A stretch of DNA of 63,028 nt, the filler included, from Squatina squatina (taxonomy: Eukaryota), in NCBI GenBank assembly GCA_031763465.1. It is 3 parts of 3 records of this genome, joined end to end, with 100 filler letters (N's around TTAATTAATTAA, not from the genome) between each part and the next. Parts side by side here need not be neighbours in the genome. Positions count along the whole stretch, not along the records: positions 1 to 17,924 come from JARFOE010000016.1; positions 18,025 to 48,967 come from JARFOE010000115.1; 1 more part is not named here. One strand, written 5' to 3'. The notes under the pieces are model-generated. The model saw only the letters and a program-made list of their open reading frames with translations. It was not told where the DNA came from and searched no databases. A program made the translations under genes and the position numbers. This document shows, in pieces, positions 14,029 to 26,467 of the stretch; position 1 is the first letter of the stretch; the number at the start of each line of letters is the position of its first letter.

Positions 14029-14512
14029 TCGCGGTACTGACCACACTCAATCAGCTGCGTTGGGCGGGCCACATCGTCCGTATGCCTGACACAAGACTCC
14101 CGAAACAATCACTCTACTCCGAGCTCCTTCAGGGCAAGCGATTACCAGGAGGGCAGAGAAAACGCTTCAAGGGACGTCGTCGACGTCGTCAAAGCCTCCC
14201 TGAAAAAATGTAACATCCCCACCGACTTATGGGAATCCCTGGCTCAAGACCGCCCGAACTGGAGGAGAAGCATCCGCGGAGGTGCCGATCACTTCGAGCT
14301 TCTTCAACGGGAGCATGTGGAGACCAAGCACAAACAGTGGAAGGAGTGTGCGACAATCTGAGCATCCCACCCACTCGCCCCCTCAAACACCACCTGCCCC
14401 ACCTGTGGCAGTTTGTGGATGCCGTATAGGACTACTTAGTCACCTCAGAACCCACAACACTGGAGTGGAAGCAAGTCATCCTCAACCCCAAGGGACTGCC
14501 TAAGAAGAAGAA
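14022..14512 (+). mobile_element. RTE-clade LINE, 5'-truncated, 3' end present
   Basis: LNQLRWAGHIVRMPDTRLPKQSLYSELLQGKRLPGGQRKRFK; frameshifted C2H2 finger CPTCG..CGCRIGLLSHLRTH; short (AAG)n tail taagaagaagaa. Confidence 0.85.
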
Positions 14513-14750
14513 ATACATACCATATCATCTCCCTTCTACCCATCATCAGGTTGTTGTTCAATATAAATCTTTTTTTTAGGAACGTTGAGCGTGTTGCATT
14601 TTGGCCTGGGAGGCCGTCGATCAGCATTCGGTTGCTGAATTGATGACATTGGAATATATATCATGTTTGTGTGGGATAGGCTGGATGGACCAGTAGGTCT
14701 TGTCTGCCATTTTTCATTTGTTCATGTGAGGAGTACATGCTAGCACTTTA

Positions 14751-15028
14751 AAGAAAGAAAGACTTGAATTTGTATAGCACTTTTCACGACCTCAGGACGC
14801 CTCAAAGCACTTTATAACCAATGAAGTAATTTTGAAATGTCGTCACCAATGTAAGCTGTTCTTTGTTCTGCATGGCCTGTTTCTTTTAGTGCGCAGTCCC
14901 TTTAAATTTCCACACATGCGTAGTATTTAGAATGGGAAGCTGGTGAGCGGCCTGCGTGGGACCTTTCCCTGACTGCACGGCTGCGTAGCTTAGAGGGAAC
15001 ATTGGTTGTTAGTGTTGTAATGTAGTAG
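14751..15028 (-). mobile_element. DeuSINE/SacSINE1 fragment interrupted by a MITE
   Basis: aaagacttgaatttgtatagcacttttcacgacctcaggacg... resumes as tgttgtaatgtag after 15012. Confidence 0.7.
14847..15004. mobile_element. hAT-type MITE nested in the SINE
   Basis: Left end caatgtaagctg (internal deletion) vs right end agcttagagggaacattg; degenerate 8-bp TSD gtcgtcac/gttgttag. Confidence 0.6.
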
Positions 15029-16596
15029 GGACCAATTGAAGGTTGCCATCTGCCTCCATAGTCTGATGTTTGACTGTGGAGAGGCTGGCCAACCGTGAAG
15101 CATCTTGTGAACCATTGCTTGCTAAGATCTTTCTCTGGATAAATAGCTTCTATTCACCCTGTATCACCAAAGGTCATGAACTTGGATGTCAACATTTAAT
15201 GATGCTTTTCAAGTTACCACGCAAAAGAAATCTTTTTTCAAGAAAAAAAATCTGATCATGTAGGTGTAAATGTAAGGTTGCCCTGTGTCTCGTTTATAGT
15301 TTTGGAGATTCATCCAATATAGGTGGACTCGTCCACTAATCTGTCTGATTGGACCAGATGTACTGAACTTGATTTACAGCAACAAATTGCTGCATACGCA
15401 TGCTATTTAATTACTCCTTTGTGCACTAACGTTCCATTTCAGGAGATAAATAGCTCAGAAGAAAAGCAATTTAGATCACAAGCATTATAAGAAGAGAAAG
15501 TAAAATAATCCATNNNNNNNNNNNNNNNNNNNNNNNNNNNNNNNNNNNNNNNNNNNNNNNNNNNNNNNNNNNNNNNNNNNNNNNNNNNNNNNNNNNNNNN
15601 NNNNNNNNNNNNNCGGTGGGTTCCAATCACTTCACCCTGCCCCCATCCACCCAAATCCTGCTTAATCGAGGCTTAATTCATTATTTTTCTCATCTGTCAG
15701 TAATTTCCAAGTATTTTCACTTTCCTCTCATTTTATCATATTTGTTTAGCTCGGTGCATAATATACTCATGATGCATCTACTCCCGGATGCCAGTGGTGC
15801 TTTGTGGACTAGTCGGCTGAAGCTGGGCTTTCAAGGCTGAAGAGGATGAGTTTTTATATGAGCATACAGCGAGGAGTATAGTTATCAATAAGCACTTCCT
15901 GTTGCTATGTTATTCATGGTTAGTCATCATTCTTTCCATAAAAAAATCTGCATTTAAGGCATACATCTTCAAGTCAAAAAGCCATTCCAGTTATCATTCG
16001 AGTGATATACCTATTGGGCTGACCCTTACTGGATTTGACAAAAAGTATAAATATTTTAGATGTAACCAAGAGCATCAGTGTTGTGCATTATTTGTAGGTT
16101 GGCAGAATAAGCCAAAGGGAAAATAAAATCCTCCAATCTATCAAGTATAAAATTCTCCCCTGGGGCACTGTTTTCCCCTGTTTAACAATGGTGCGATGGA
16201 CATTAAAACTGGCAAGAGACTGTGATACAAGCTGAAACATCAGTTTATTTCCATTTCTGAACTGCTCATTGTTCCACTCAAGGAAAAAAATGAGGAATGA
16301 AATTGGTAACAAAATTTCTTTGAAAAGGTTATAGTTGCTGGTTAAGTTCTGTTGAGGTCTTGTTGGGATTTCGGAATAAGATGAAGCAGTCTTCTATTGA
16401 GCAAAATGATAATGACCAGTAGAAGTTAGCTCACTTACTGAGCAGAAGTTAATTCAACAATGGAGCTAAGCTCTTTGGCAGGGTATCTATTCAATGTGGA
16501 TTTTGCTGTGATTGCTATATTAACTGCTTCAATGTCAATACTCAGGATTGGGATGCGTGGGCGCACGAACTCTCCAGAAAACTAATCACCCACATC

Positions 16597-16732
16597 ACCA
16601 ACTACCATCAAGGCTTTTAAACAGATCCTCTGCTGCATCTACTGCCATGTTAATCCGCTGAGCAGCTTTCCACCTATGGGCACTTTAAACAAATAAGCTG
16701 TAAACTGTTTAAAAGCCCTGATGGTAGTTGGT
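16597..16732. mobile_element. Small element with 28-bp terminal inverted repeats
   Basis: accaactaccatcaaggcttttaaacag ... ctgtttaaaagccctgatggtagttggt (1 mismatch). Confidence 0.6.
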
Positions 16733-17018
16733 CCTTAACAGCATACTTCCAGCTCCCTCATGGGAAATTGAAAATTTGAAGGTTTGGAAATTTAAATAAA
16801 TTATTACAAGTGCGAAGAAATTAAATATAATTTTCAATACGAGCTACATAAACAGTGCACATTTTTTTAAAAAGTCAGAACTCATGTTTGTTAACTCGCG
16901 TAAGGCTAAATATTTTGGTTGCAATGCTATTGATTTATCAAGAATTCTTTCAAAATTCAAAATGGCCCATGTCAGTGAATCAGGCTATACAAATTTCCTA
17001 TCCTATAATTATCCTTGA

Positions 17019-17200
17019 CCAGTTGCAGAGAGTGGGAGTAAAAGGTAGCTATTCACAGTGGCAGAAGGTGGGTAGTGGTATTCCACAAGGATCAGTGCTT
17101 GGACCACAGCTGTTCACAATTTACATTAACGATTTAGACTTTGGAATAAAAAACACAATTTCAAAATTTGCAGGTGATACCAAATTGGTGGGGGTGGGGA
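17019..17200 (+). mobile_element. CR1 LINE RT fragment
   Basis: [54 protein letters not shown]. Confidence 0.88.
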
Positions 17201-17924
17201 GGATATTCAATNNNNNNNNNNNNNNNNNNNNNNNNNNNNNNNNNNNNNNNNNNNNNNNNNNNNNNNNNNNNNNNNNNNNNNNNNNNNNNNNNNNNNNNNN
17301 NNNNNNNNNNNTTGAGTGTTCTAGTCCAGCTGTTAATGTTCCCCCTTAATTCTCTACCTTGCATGGGATCCAATAGTATCTGTATTTGTGTAGTAATGGA
17401 TGCTCCAGAGTCTGCCTTTAGAGAATGTGGTGGCTGATTAATCAAGCAGATATTGTAGCTTAAGTGCAATGTTCTATCTTTATAGCAGAATTAATTAAAC
17501 CAGGTTTTTTGTGGATACTGGCCATAAAGTTTGATGAGTCTTTTTTTGATGAAATTCTACCGAAGCATCTTGGGTACATCTGCAAGATACCCATGCGTGA
17601 CTGCTAAAGAGTATTCTGGCAGCAATCAGGTGATGTTTAACCAATTTCCCAAAGCTCCTGTGGTATTGTTCTTCCATATTGGCTCCTAGTGTAAGTGTTC
17701 TGAAGCACTGAAACAAGACATTGCATCAGTGATTTTGTTATTAACATTAGAGACATATTTGTACTTGAATAAGATATGATTGACCAAGCGTGCCACTGAG
17801 TTGCATGGCCGACTCCAAGCCGCGGTTGTTGCTCTTCCATTAATGAGTTTTGCAGCTGCCCGACTGTGTGCAGAAAAAAAACCCTTTTCATTGTCGAGTA
17901 GGTGAGCTCATCCCTTCACAATTG

Positions 17925-18024
17925 NNNNNNNNNNNNNNNNNNNNNNNNNNNNNNNNNNNNNNNNNNNNTTAATTAATTAANNNNNNNNNNNNNNNNNNNN
18001 NNNNNNNNNNNNNNNNNNNNNNNN
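17925..18024. other. Artificial spacer (44 N + TTAATTAATTAA + 44 N)
   Basis: Exact 100-nt symmetric spacer with a six-frame-stop core; identical to 48968-49067. Confidence 0.95.
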
Positions 18025-18116
18025 GTGTCGAGGATGACTAAGTGGAAGATTGAGGGTCACTGCGTGTAAAGGCAAATCTACTTGTATACTTGCAGTCATG
18101 AGATGTTGAGACCAAA

Positions 18117-18198
18117 TCAAATTGCACTCCGCAGCAGTGTTGTCTGGATGCTGTCAGAATGCCCAGTGCCCTTTGTCATGTTGTAGTCGTAATCATTC
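18117..18198 (-). CDS. Candidate terminal coding exon of an unidentified gene (NDYDYNMTKGTGHSDSIQTTLLRSAI*)
   Basis: Acceptor ttttattcacttaccag; open to TGA at 18117-18119; joins in frame (TG|G = Trp) with the 30-nt exon upstream. Confidence 0.5.
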
Positions 18199-18403
18199 CT
18201 GGTAAGTGAATAAAACACACAGCGCTTTTTGTTTTAGTTTGAGATGTTCCTGGCTCGAATGTTCCTCTGTTTTCTAGGCAGTATTTATTTCTGTGACCGT
18301 TTTAAAGATGCAAGAGCTGTTGTTCTTACGTAGTCTAAGCATTTGTATTTTTTTTTCCCATTAAAAACCTTACCATACCTAAACTCTCTTGCTCCTTGCC
18401 TAC

Positions 18404-18433
18404 CAATGATTCACCGTGACCTGCCTGTAGCGC
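18404..18433 (-). CDS. Candidate 30-nt penultimate exon (RYRQVTVNHW)
   Basis: Strong acceptor ctttccatcatgttcttccttcattgtttcag; donor gtaggc; phase 2/2; 205-nt intron to the next exon. Confidence 0.45.
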
Positions 18434-18637
18434 CTGAAACAATGAAGGAAGAACATGATGGAAAGTAGCAGATGTCTCAAAGAGTGACGGCTGTGAATTT
18501 GTTTCCTTGCGTTCATTAAAATAAGAAACCCAAAATATTTTCTTTCCCTTAATTGCTAAATATGGGTCCTCTGCATGAGGGAAAATATTTTGATTCTGGG
18601 ATGTGGATTGTGTTTACAGAGAGAGTGTGACGGCAGG

Positions 18638-18820
18638 AAGCAAAATACTGAAAATCCAAAAATAAAAACACAAGCTGGAAATACTTAGCGGGTCAGGCAG
18701 CGTGGTGGAGCAACAAGTCAAGTCGGCCAACGTTTCAGATCCAAGACCCTTCCTCAGGACCCAGGGAACTTCTCCGCCCTGAGACATCAACTGAATTCTC
18801 CACACATGCTGTTTGACCTT
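18638..18820. mobile_element. Penelope-like element terminal (pseudo-LTR) sequence, partly in inverted arrangement
   Basis: aagcaaaatactg...gctggaaatacttagcgggtcaggcagc is the reverse complement of the motif at 29362-29432; a short inverted second arm lies at 18779-18818. Confidence 0.55.
18725..18761 (-). ncRNA. Putative minimal type I hammerhead ribozyme in a Penelope-like repeat
   Basis: Minus strand reads GGUC-CUGAGGA-A-GGGUC-UUG-GAUCU-GAAAC-GUU-GGCC: CUGANGA and GAAA core boxes, stem II, and stem I GGUC/GGCC. Confidence 0.5.
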
Positions 18821-18821
18821 T

Positions 18822-19120
18822 TTTCATTCTTGGGATGTGGGCGTCACTGGAAAGGCCAGCATTTATTGCCCATCCCTAGTTGCCCTGAGGTGGTGCACCT
18901 TCCTCGTGAATGGAAGCGGTATGATGCAACTGAGCGATTTCAGAGGACAGTTAGGAGTCAAGCACCTTGGTGTAGAACTGGAGTCATACATAGACCAGTC
19001 GGGGTAATGACAACAAGTTTCCTTCTCTCAGGACGTTAGTGAACCATTTGGATTTCTACAATAATCCAACAGCTTCATGGTCAGTTTTACTGATGCCAGT
19101 TTTTTATTTCCAGATTTCCC
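18822..19120 (-). mobile_element. LINE 3'-end fragment (CR1/L2 superfamily)
   Basis: ttcattcttgggatgtgggcgtcactggaaaggccagcatttattgcccatccct; related copy at 35815-35995. Confidence 0.55.
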
Positions 19121-19873
19121 TGCATTACATTCCAAAGTACTTCTATGTGAAAAGTGCTTGATAAATGCTAGTTTTTTCTTAAATGTGGTGTGGATCCAGG
19201 ATTTTAAAAAGTGCTGAGAGTGGATTATAAATTTAGTAATTTGCTGCTGTCCTTTTCATAATGCTTTCAGAGGCAAACACCATGCTCTAAAACATAAAAA
19301 AATTACCAGCAGGGGAGTGGATCTCTGTGCAGAAGTGCTAACACAAATGTGCAGAGCTTATCTCAGTAGGCAGAATGTGATCCACTATCAAGCAATGACA
19401 CTCAGGTGTTGCCAGCTGCACAATGCAATATAATCACAGGCTTAGGTTAAACCATCTTTAAAGTGCAAAAGGTTTTAGGACTTGTATTATAGAGAGTTAA
19501 ATGAATGTCTGGTAATATATAAGGGTATCACCTTTATGCAGTGTAATCACAGTATGGCAAGTTAACCTGCTGCAATGTTATTTATTTGCCATCCTGGTGC
19601 TAGCACAGACAAAATAAAAGAATTTGCATTTCTACATCATCCTTGTCATGTCCCAAAGTGCTTCACAACCAATGAATTACTTTTGAACTGTAGTCACTGT
19701 TCACAGCAGCCAATTTCTTTCACTATTCATCCGGGCCACTGGAGCCACCTCTGCATTGCCAGATTTTCCATTCNNNNNNNNNNNNNNNNNNNNNNNNNNN
19801 NNNNNNNNNNNNNNNNNNNNNNNNNNNNNNNNNNNNNNNNNNNNNNNNNNNNNNNNNNNNNNNNNNNNNNNNN

Positions 19874-22800
19874 AGACACACACACAGATACACACACAGA
19901 TATAGAAGGTACAAGAAGGAGATACAGACACAGATACACACACAGGTACAGGCAGGTACAAGAGAGAGAGATACAGACACAGACACACACACAGATACAC
20001 ACACAGATACCGGCAGATACAAGAGAGAGATACAGACACACACACAGATACACACACAGATATAGAAGGTACAAGAAGGAGATACAGACACAGATACACA
20101 CACAGGTACAAGCAACTACAAGAGAGAGAGGAACTGACACACACACATACACACATAGATACAGGCAGATACAAGAGAGAGAGATACAGACACACACCCA
20201 GATACTCACACTGATACAGGCAGGTACAAGACAGAGAGATACAGACACACACACAGATACACACACAGATACAGGCAGGTACAAGAGAGAGATACAGACA
20301 CACACACAGATATAGAAGGTACAAGAAGGAGATACAGACACACATACACACACAGGTACAGGCAGCTACAAGAGAGAGAGATACAGACACAGATACACAC
20401 ACAGATACAGGCAGGTACAAGAGAGAGAGAGATACAGACACACATACAGATGCACACACAGGTACAGGCAAGGACAAGAGAGAGATACATACACACACAG
20501 ATACAGGCAGGTAGAAGAGAGAGAGATACAGACATGCACATCCACACATAGATACATGCAAGTACAGGAGACAGAGATACAGACACACACATAGATATAG
20601 GCAGGTACAAGAGAGAGATACAGACACACACACAGATACACACACAGCTATGGAATGTACAAGAAGGAGATACAGACACAGATACACACACAGATACAGG
20701 CAGGTACAAGAGCGAGAGATACAGACACAGATACACACACAGATACAGGCAGGTACAAGAGAGAGATACAGACACAGATACACACACAGATACAGGCAGG
20801 TACGAGAGAGGGAGATACAGACACACACACAGATACAGGCAGGTACCAGAAAGAGAGATACAGACACGGATACAGGCAGGTACAAAAGAGAGATACACAC
20901 ACAGATACAGGCAGGTACAAGAGAGAGAGAGATACAGACACAGATACAGGCAGGTAGAAGTGAGAGATACAGACACAGATAAAGGCAGGTTCAAGGGAGT
21001 GATACAGACACACACACAGATACACACACAGATAAAGGCAGGTACAAGAGAGAGAGATACACACACAGATACACACACAGATACAGGCAAGTACGAGAGA
21101 GAGAGAGATACAGACACACACACATACACATACAGATATAGGCAGGTACAAGAGAGAGATACAGACACAGATACACACACAGATACAGACAAGTACAAGA
21201 GAGAGTGAGATACAGACACACACACATACACACATAGATACAGGGAGGTAGTAGAGAGAGAGTAACAGACAAAGATACAGGCAGGTACAAAAGAGAGAGA
21301 TACAGGCACACACACACAGATACAGGCAGGTACAAGAGAGAGAGATACAGACACAGATACAGGCAAGTTGAAGAGCGATAGAGATACAGACACACACAGA
21401 TGCAGAGAGGTGCAAGAGAGAGAAAAAAAATAAACACACAGAGATACACACACAGATACAGGCAGGTACAAGAGAGAGAGATACAGGCACACACATCCAC
21501 ACATAGATACATGCAAGTACAAGAGACAGAGATACAGACACAGACATTGATATAGGCAGGTACAAGAAGCAGATACAGACACACACACCGATATAGAAGG
21601 TACAAGAAGGAGATACAGACACAGATACACACACACAGATACAGGTAGGTACAACAGAGAGAGATACAGAACAGATACACACACAGATATAGGCAGGTAC
21701 AAGAGAGAGAGATACAGACACACACACAGATACACACACAGATACAGGCAGGTACAAGAGAGAGGTACAGACACACACAGATACACACACAGATACAGGC
21801 AGGTACAAGAGAGAGAGATACACACACAGATACAGGCAGGTACAAGGGAGACAGATACAGACACACACACAGGTAGACACACATATTCAGGCAGTTACAG
21901 GAGAGAGAGATACCGATACAGACACAGATACACACACAGATACATGCAGGTACAAGAGAGAGAGATGCAGACTCAGGTACACATATAGATACAGGCAGGT
22001 ACAAGTGTGAGAGATACCGACACAAACACAGATACACACACACATGCAGGCAGGTACAAGAGAGAGAGATACAGACTCAGATACAGACACAGATAGACAC
22101 ACAGATACTGACAGGTACAAGAGAGAGATACAGCCACACACACAGATGCACACACAGATACAGGCAGGTATAAGAGACAGAGATACAGACACAGACACAG
22201 TTACACACACAGATACAGGCAGGTACAAGAGAGAGAGATCCAGACACAGGTACACACACAGATACAGGCATGTACAAGAGCGAGAGAGATACCGACACAG
22301 ACACAGATACACACACAGATACAGGCAGATAGAAGACAGAGAGATACAGACACACAAAAAGATACACACAGATACAGGCAGGTACAAGACAGAGAGATAC
22401 AGAACAGATACAGGCAGGTACAAGAGAGAGAGAGATACAGCCACAGATACACACAGATACAGGCAGGTACAAGAGAGAGATACAGACACAGATACAGGCA
22501 GGTACAAGAGAGAGAGAGATACAGACACATAAACAGATAGAGCCAGGTACAAGAGAGAGAGAGATACATACACACATACAGATACACATGTGGATACAGG
22601 CAGGTACAAGAGAGAGGGATACAGACACATACACAGATACAGGCGAGCACAAGAAAGAGATGCGGACACAGACACAGATACAGGCAGGTACAAGAGAGAC
22701 AGATACAGGCACACACACAGATACAGGCCGGTACAAGAGAGAGAGAGACAGATACAGGCACAAAAACAGACATACACACAGATTCAGGCAGGTGCAAGAG

Positions 22801-25800
22801 AGAGATACAGGCACACACACAGATACACAGACAGATACAGACAGGTACAAGACAGAGAGATACAGACACACACACAGATACTCACACAGATACAGGCAGA
22901 TACAAGAGAGAGATACAGACACACACACAGGTACGGGCAGCTACAAGAGAGAGATAAAGACACAGATACACACACAGATACAGGCAGGTACAAGAGAGAG
23001 AGATACAGACACACACAGATACAGGCAGGTGCAAGAGAGAGATACAGACACAGATACACACACAGATACAGGAAGGTACAAGTGAGAGAGATACAGACAC
23101 AGATACACACACAGATACGGGCAGGTACAAGAGAGAGATACAGACACGGATACACACATAGATACAGGCAAGCACAAGAGAGAGAGATACAGTCACACAG
23201 ACAGATACATGCACAGATACAGGCAGGTACAAGAAAGAGAGATACAGAGACATGCACAGATACAGGGGAGCACAAGAAAGCGATGCAGACACAGAAACAG
23301 ATACAGGCAGGTACAAGAGATAGATGCTGTCACAGATACAGGCAGGTACAAGAGACAGAGATACAGGCACACACACAGATACAGGAAGGTACAAGAGAGA
23401 GAGATACAGGCACACACACAGATATACACACAGATTCAGGCAGGTACTAGTGAGAGAGATACAGGCACACACACAGATACAGACAGGTACAAGAGAGAGA
23501 GAGACACAGATACACACACAGATACAGGCAGGTACAAGTGAGAGAGATAAAGACACAGATACACACAAAGATACGGGCAGGTATAAGAGAGAGAGATACA
23601 GACACATACAAAGATACACACACAGATACATGCAGGTACAAGAGAGAGAGATACAGACACACACACAGATACACAGACAGATACAGGCAGGTACAAGAGA
23701 GAGAGATACAGACACACACACAGATACACACACAGATACAGGCAGGTACAGGACAGAGAGATACAGACACACACAGATACACACAGCTACAGGCAGATAC
23801 AAGAGAGAGATACAGACACACACACAGATACACACACAGATAAAGAAGGTAAAAGAAGGAGATACAGACACAGATACACACACAGGTACAGGCAGCTACA
23901 AGAGAGAGGGATACAGACACAGATACAGGCAGGTACAATAGAGAGATACAGACACAACACATACACACATAGATATAGGCAAGTAGAAGAGAGAGAGAGA
24001 GATACAGTCACACACACAGATAGACACACAGATACAGGCAAGTACAAGAGAGAGATACAGACACAGATACACATACACACATAGATATAAGCAATTACAA
24101 CAGAGAGAGATACAGTCACACACACAGATAGACACACAGATACAGGCAGGTACAAGAGAGAGAGATACAAACACAGATACACACACAGATACAGGCAGGT
24201 ACAAGAGAGAGAGATACAGACACACACACAGATACACAAACAGATACAGGCAGGTACAAGAGAGAGATATAGACACGCACACAGATACACACACAGATAC
24301 ATGCAGGATAAATAGAGAGAGATGCAGACACAGATACAGGCAGGTACAGGAGACAGAGATACAGGCACACACACAGATACAAGAAGGTACAAGAGAGAGA
24401 GATACAGGCACACACAGAGATATACACACAGATTCAGGCAGGTACTAGAGAGAGAGATACTGACACACACACACAGATACACACACAGATACAGACAGGT
24501 ACAAGAGAGACACAGATACACACACAGATACAGGCAGGTACAAGTGAGAGAGATACAGACACAGATACACACAAAGATACGGGCAGGTACAAGAGAGGGA
24601 GATACAGACACACACAAAGATAAACACACAGGTACAGCCAGGTACAAGTGAGAGAGATAAGGACACAGATACACGCACAGATACAGGCAGGTACAAGAGA
24701 GAGAGAGATGCAGACACACACACAGATACACACACAGATACAGGCAGGTACAAGAGAGAGAGATACAGACACAGATATACCCACAGATACAGGCAGGTAC
24801 AAGAGTGAGAGAGATACAGACACAACACATAAACGCATAGATATAGGCAAGTACAGGAGAGAGAGCTACAGTCACACACACAGATAGACACACAGATAGA
24901 GGCAGGTACAAGAGAGAGAGAGATACAGACACAGCACATACACACATAGATATTGGCAAGTACAACAGAGAGAGATACAGACACACACACAGATAGGCAC
25001 ACAGATACAGGCAGGTACAAGAGAGAGAGATACAGACACAGATACACACACAGATACAGGCAAGTACAAGAGTGAGTGATACAGACACACACACATACAC
25101 ACATAGATACAGGCAAGTACAAGAGAGAGATGCAGACACACACACAGATACACACACAGATACAGGCAAGGACAAGAGAGAGATACAGACACACACATAT
25201 ACACACATAGATACAGGCAGGTAGAAGAGAGAGATACAGACACACACATCCACACATAGATACATGCAAGTACAAGAGACAGAGATACAGACACAAACAT
25301 CGATATAGGCAGGTACAAGAAGCAGATACAGACACACACACAGATATAGAAGGTACAAGAAGGAGATACAGACACAGATACACACACAGATACAGGTAGG
25401 TAGAAGAAGAAAGATACAGACACACACACAGATACACAAAAAGATACACACAGATACAGGCAGGTACAAGACAGAGAGATACAGACACAGATACAGGCAG
25501 GTACAAGAGAGAGAGATAAAGCCACAGATACACACAGATACAGGCAGGTACAAGACAGAGAGATACAGACACAGATACAGGCAGGTACAAGAGAGAGAGA
25601 GATACAGCCACAGATACACACAGATACAGGCAGGTACAAGAGAGAGATACAGACACAGATACACACACAGATACAGGCAGGTACAAGAGAGAGAGATACA
25701 GACACAGAAACAGATAAACGCATAGATATAGGCAAGTACAGGAGAGAGAGATACAGACACACACACAGATAGACACACAGATGGAGGCAGGTACAAGAGA

Positions 25801-25975
25801 GAGAGAGATACAGACACAGATACACACACAGATACAGGCAAGTACAAGAGAGAGTGATACAGACACACACACATACACACATAGATACAGGCAAGTACAA
25901 GAGAGAGATGCAGACACACACACACACACACACAAACACAGATACACACACACACACACACACATAGATAGTCAC
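19874..25975 (+). repeat. ~6.1-kb compound tandem repeat (satellite/minisatellite)
   Basis: Over 100 variable ~35-60-bp units of gatacaggcaggtacaa(ga)n-gatacagacac(a)-gatac(ac)n. Confidence 0.97.
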
Positions 25976-26467
25976 ACACTTCCTGCCAGTATCTGAGCGA
26001 CTGCGCTATGCTGGGCAACAGGAAAAGCTAATTCAGTGTTAACGTGTGATTTGATCACACATATGCTCAAAGTGCATTGAAGGTTCAGTGCCGACTAACA
26101 TAAAAGCCGCTTGTGAAGCCGAGGGATTGTACTGTGAGATTGCTGGGTGAATTACTTGAGCTCTCCTGTCATTTCTTGGCCTTGAGCCATTTTTCATTCA
26201 CTTATTTTCACAGGAGACTCTCCTTGCTGTGGGACTGAGTGCACATTCTGTCACGTTATCTATCAAAAGGAAAGGGCTTGGCACATGGAGCTCATTGGGA
26301 AGCTGCAGTCTGCTTTGGCACCTTGTCTCTTCACTCCCAGTCCCTTTACTAATTGTTAACAGCACTGTCAGGCTGAAGCTTTATACAGCCGGTCTCTTTT
26401 GTGTTCGTTCAAAGTCCTGTATTAAATTGTTCAACCCCTCCAATTTCTTTCTCCTCCCCTCATGTAA

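Noticed and set aside
17969-17980. TTAATTAATTAA palindrome as a biological site
   Set aside because: Centred in an exact N44/N44 spacer and repeated identically; artificial
19874-25975. CRISPR-like repeat/spacer appearance
   Set aside because: The spacers are (GA)/(CA) microsatellite variants rather than unique sequences; vertebrate DNA; no cas genes
19575-26018. Dozens of long Cys/Val/Leu-rich or Thr/Asp/Arg-rich ORFs (up to 743 aa)
   Set aside because: Translations of the satellite, open in several frames at once; no domain or splice evidence
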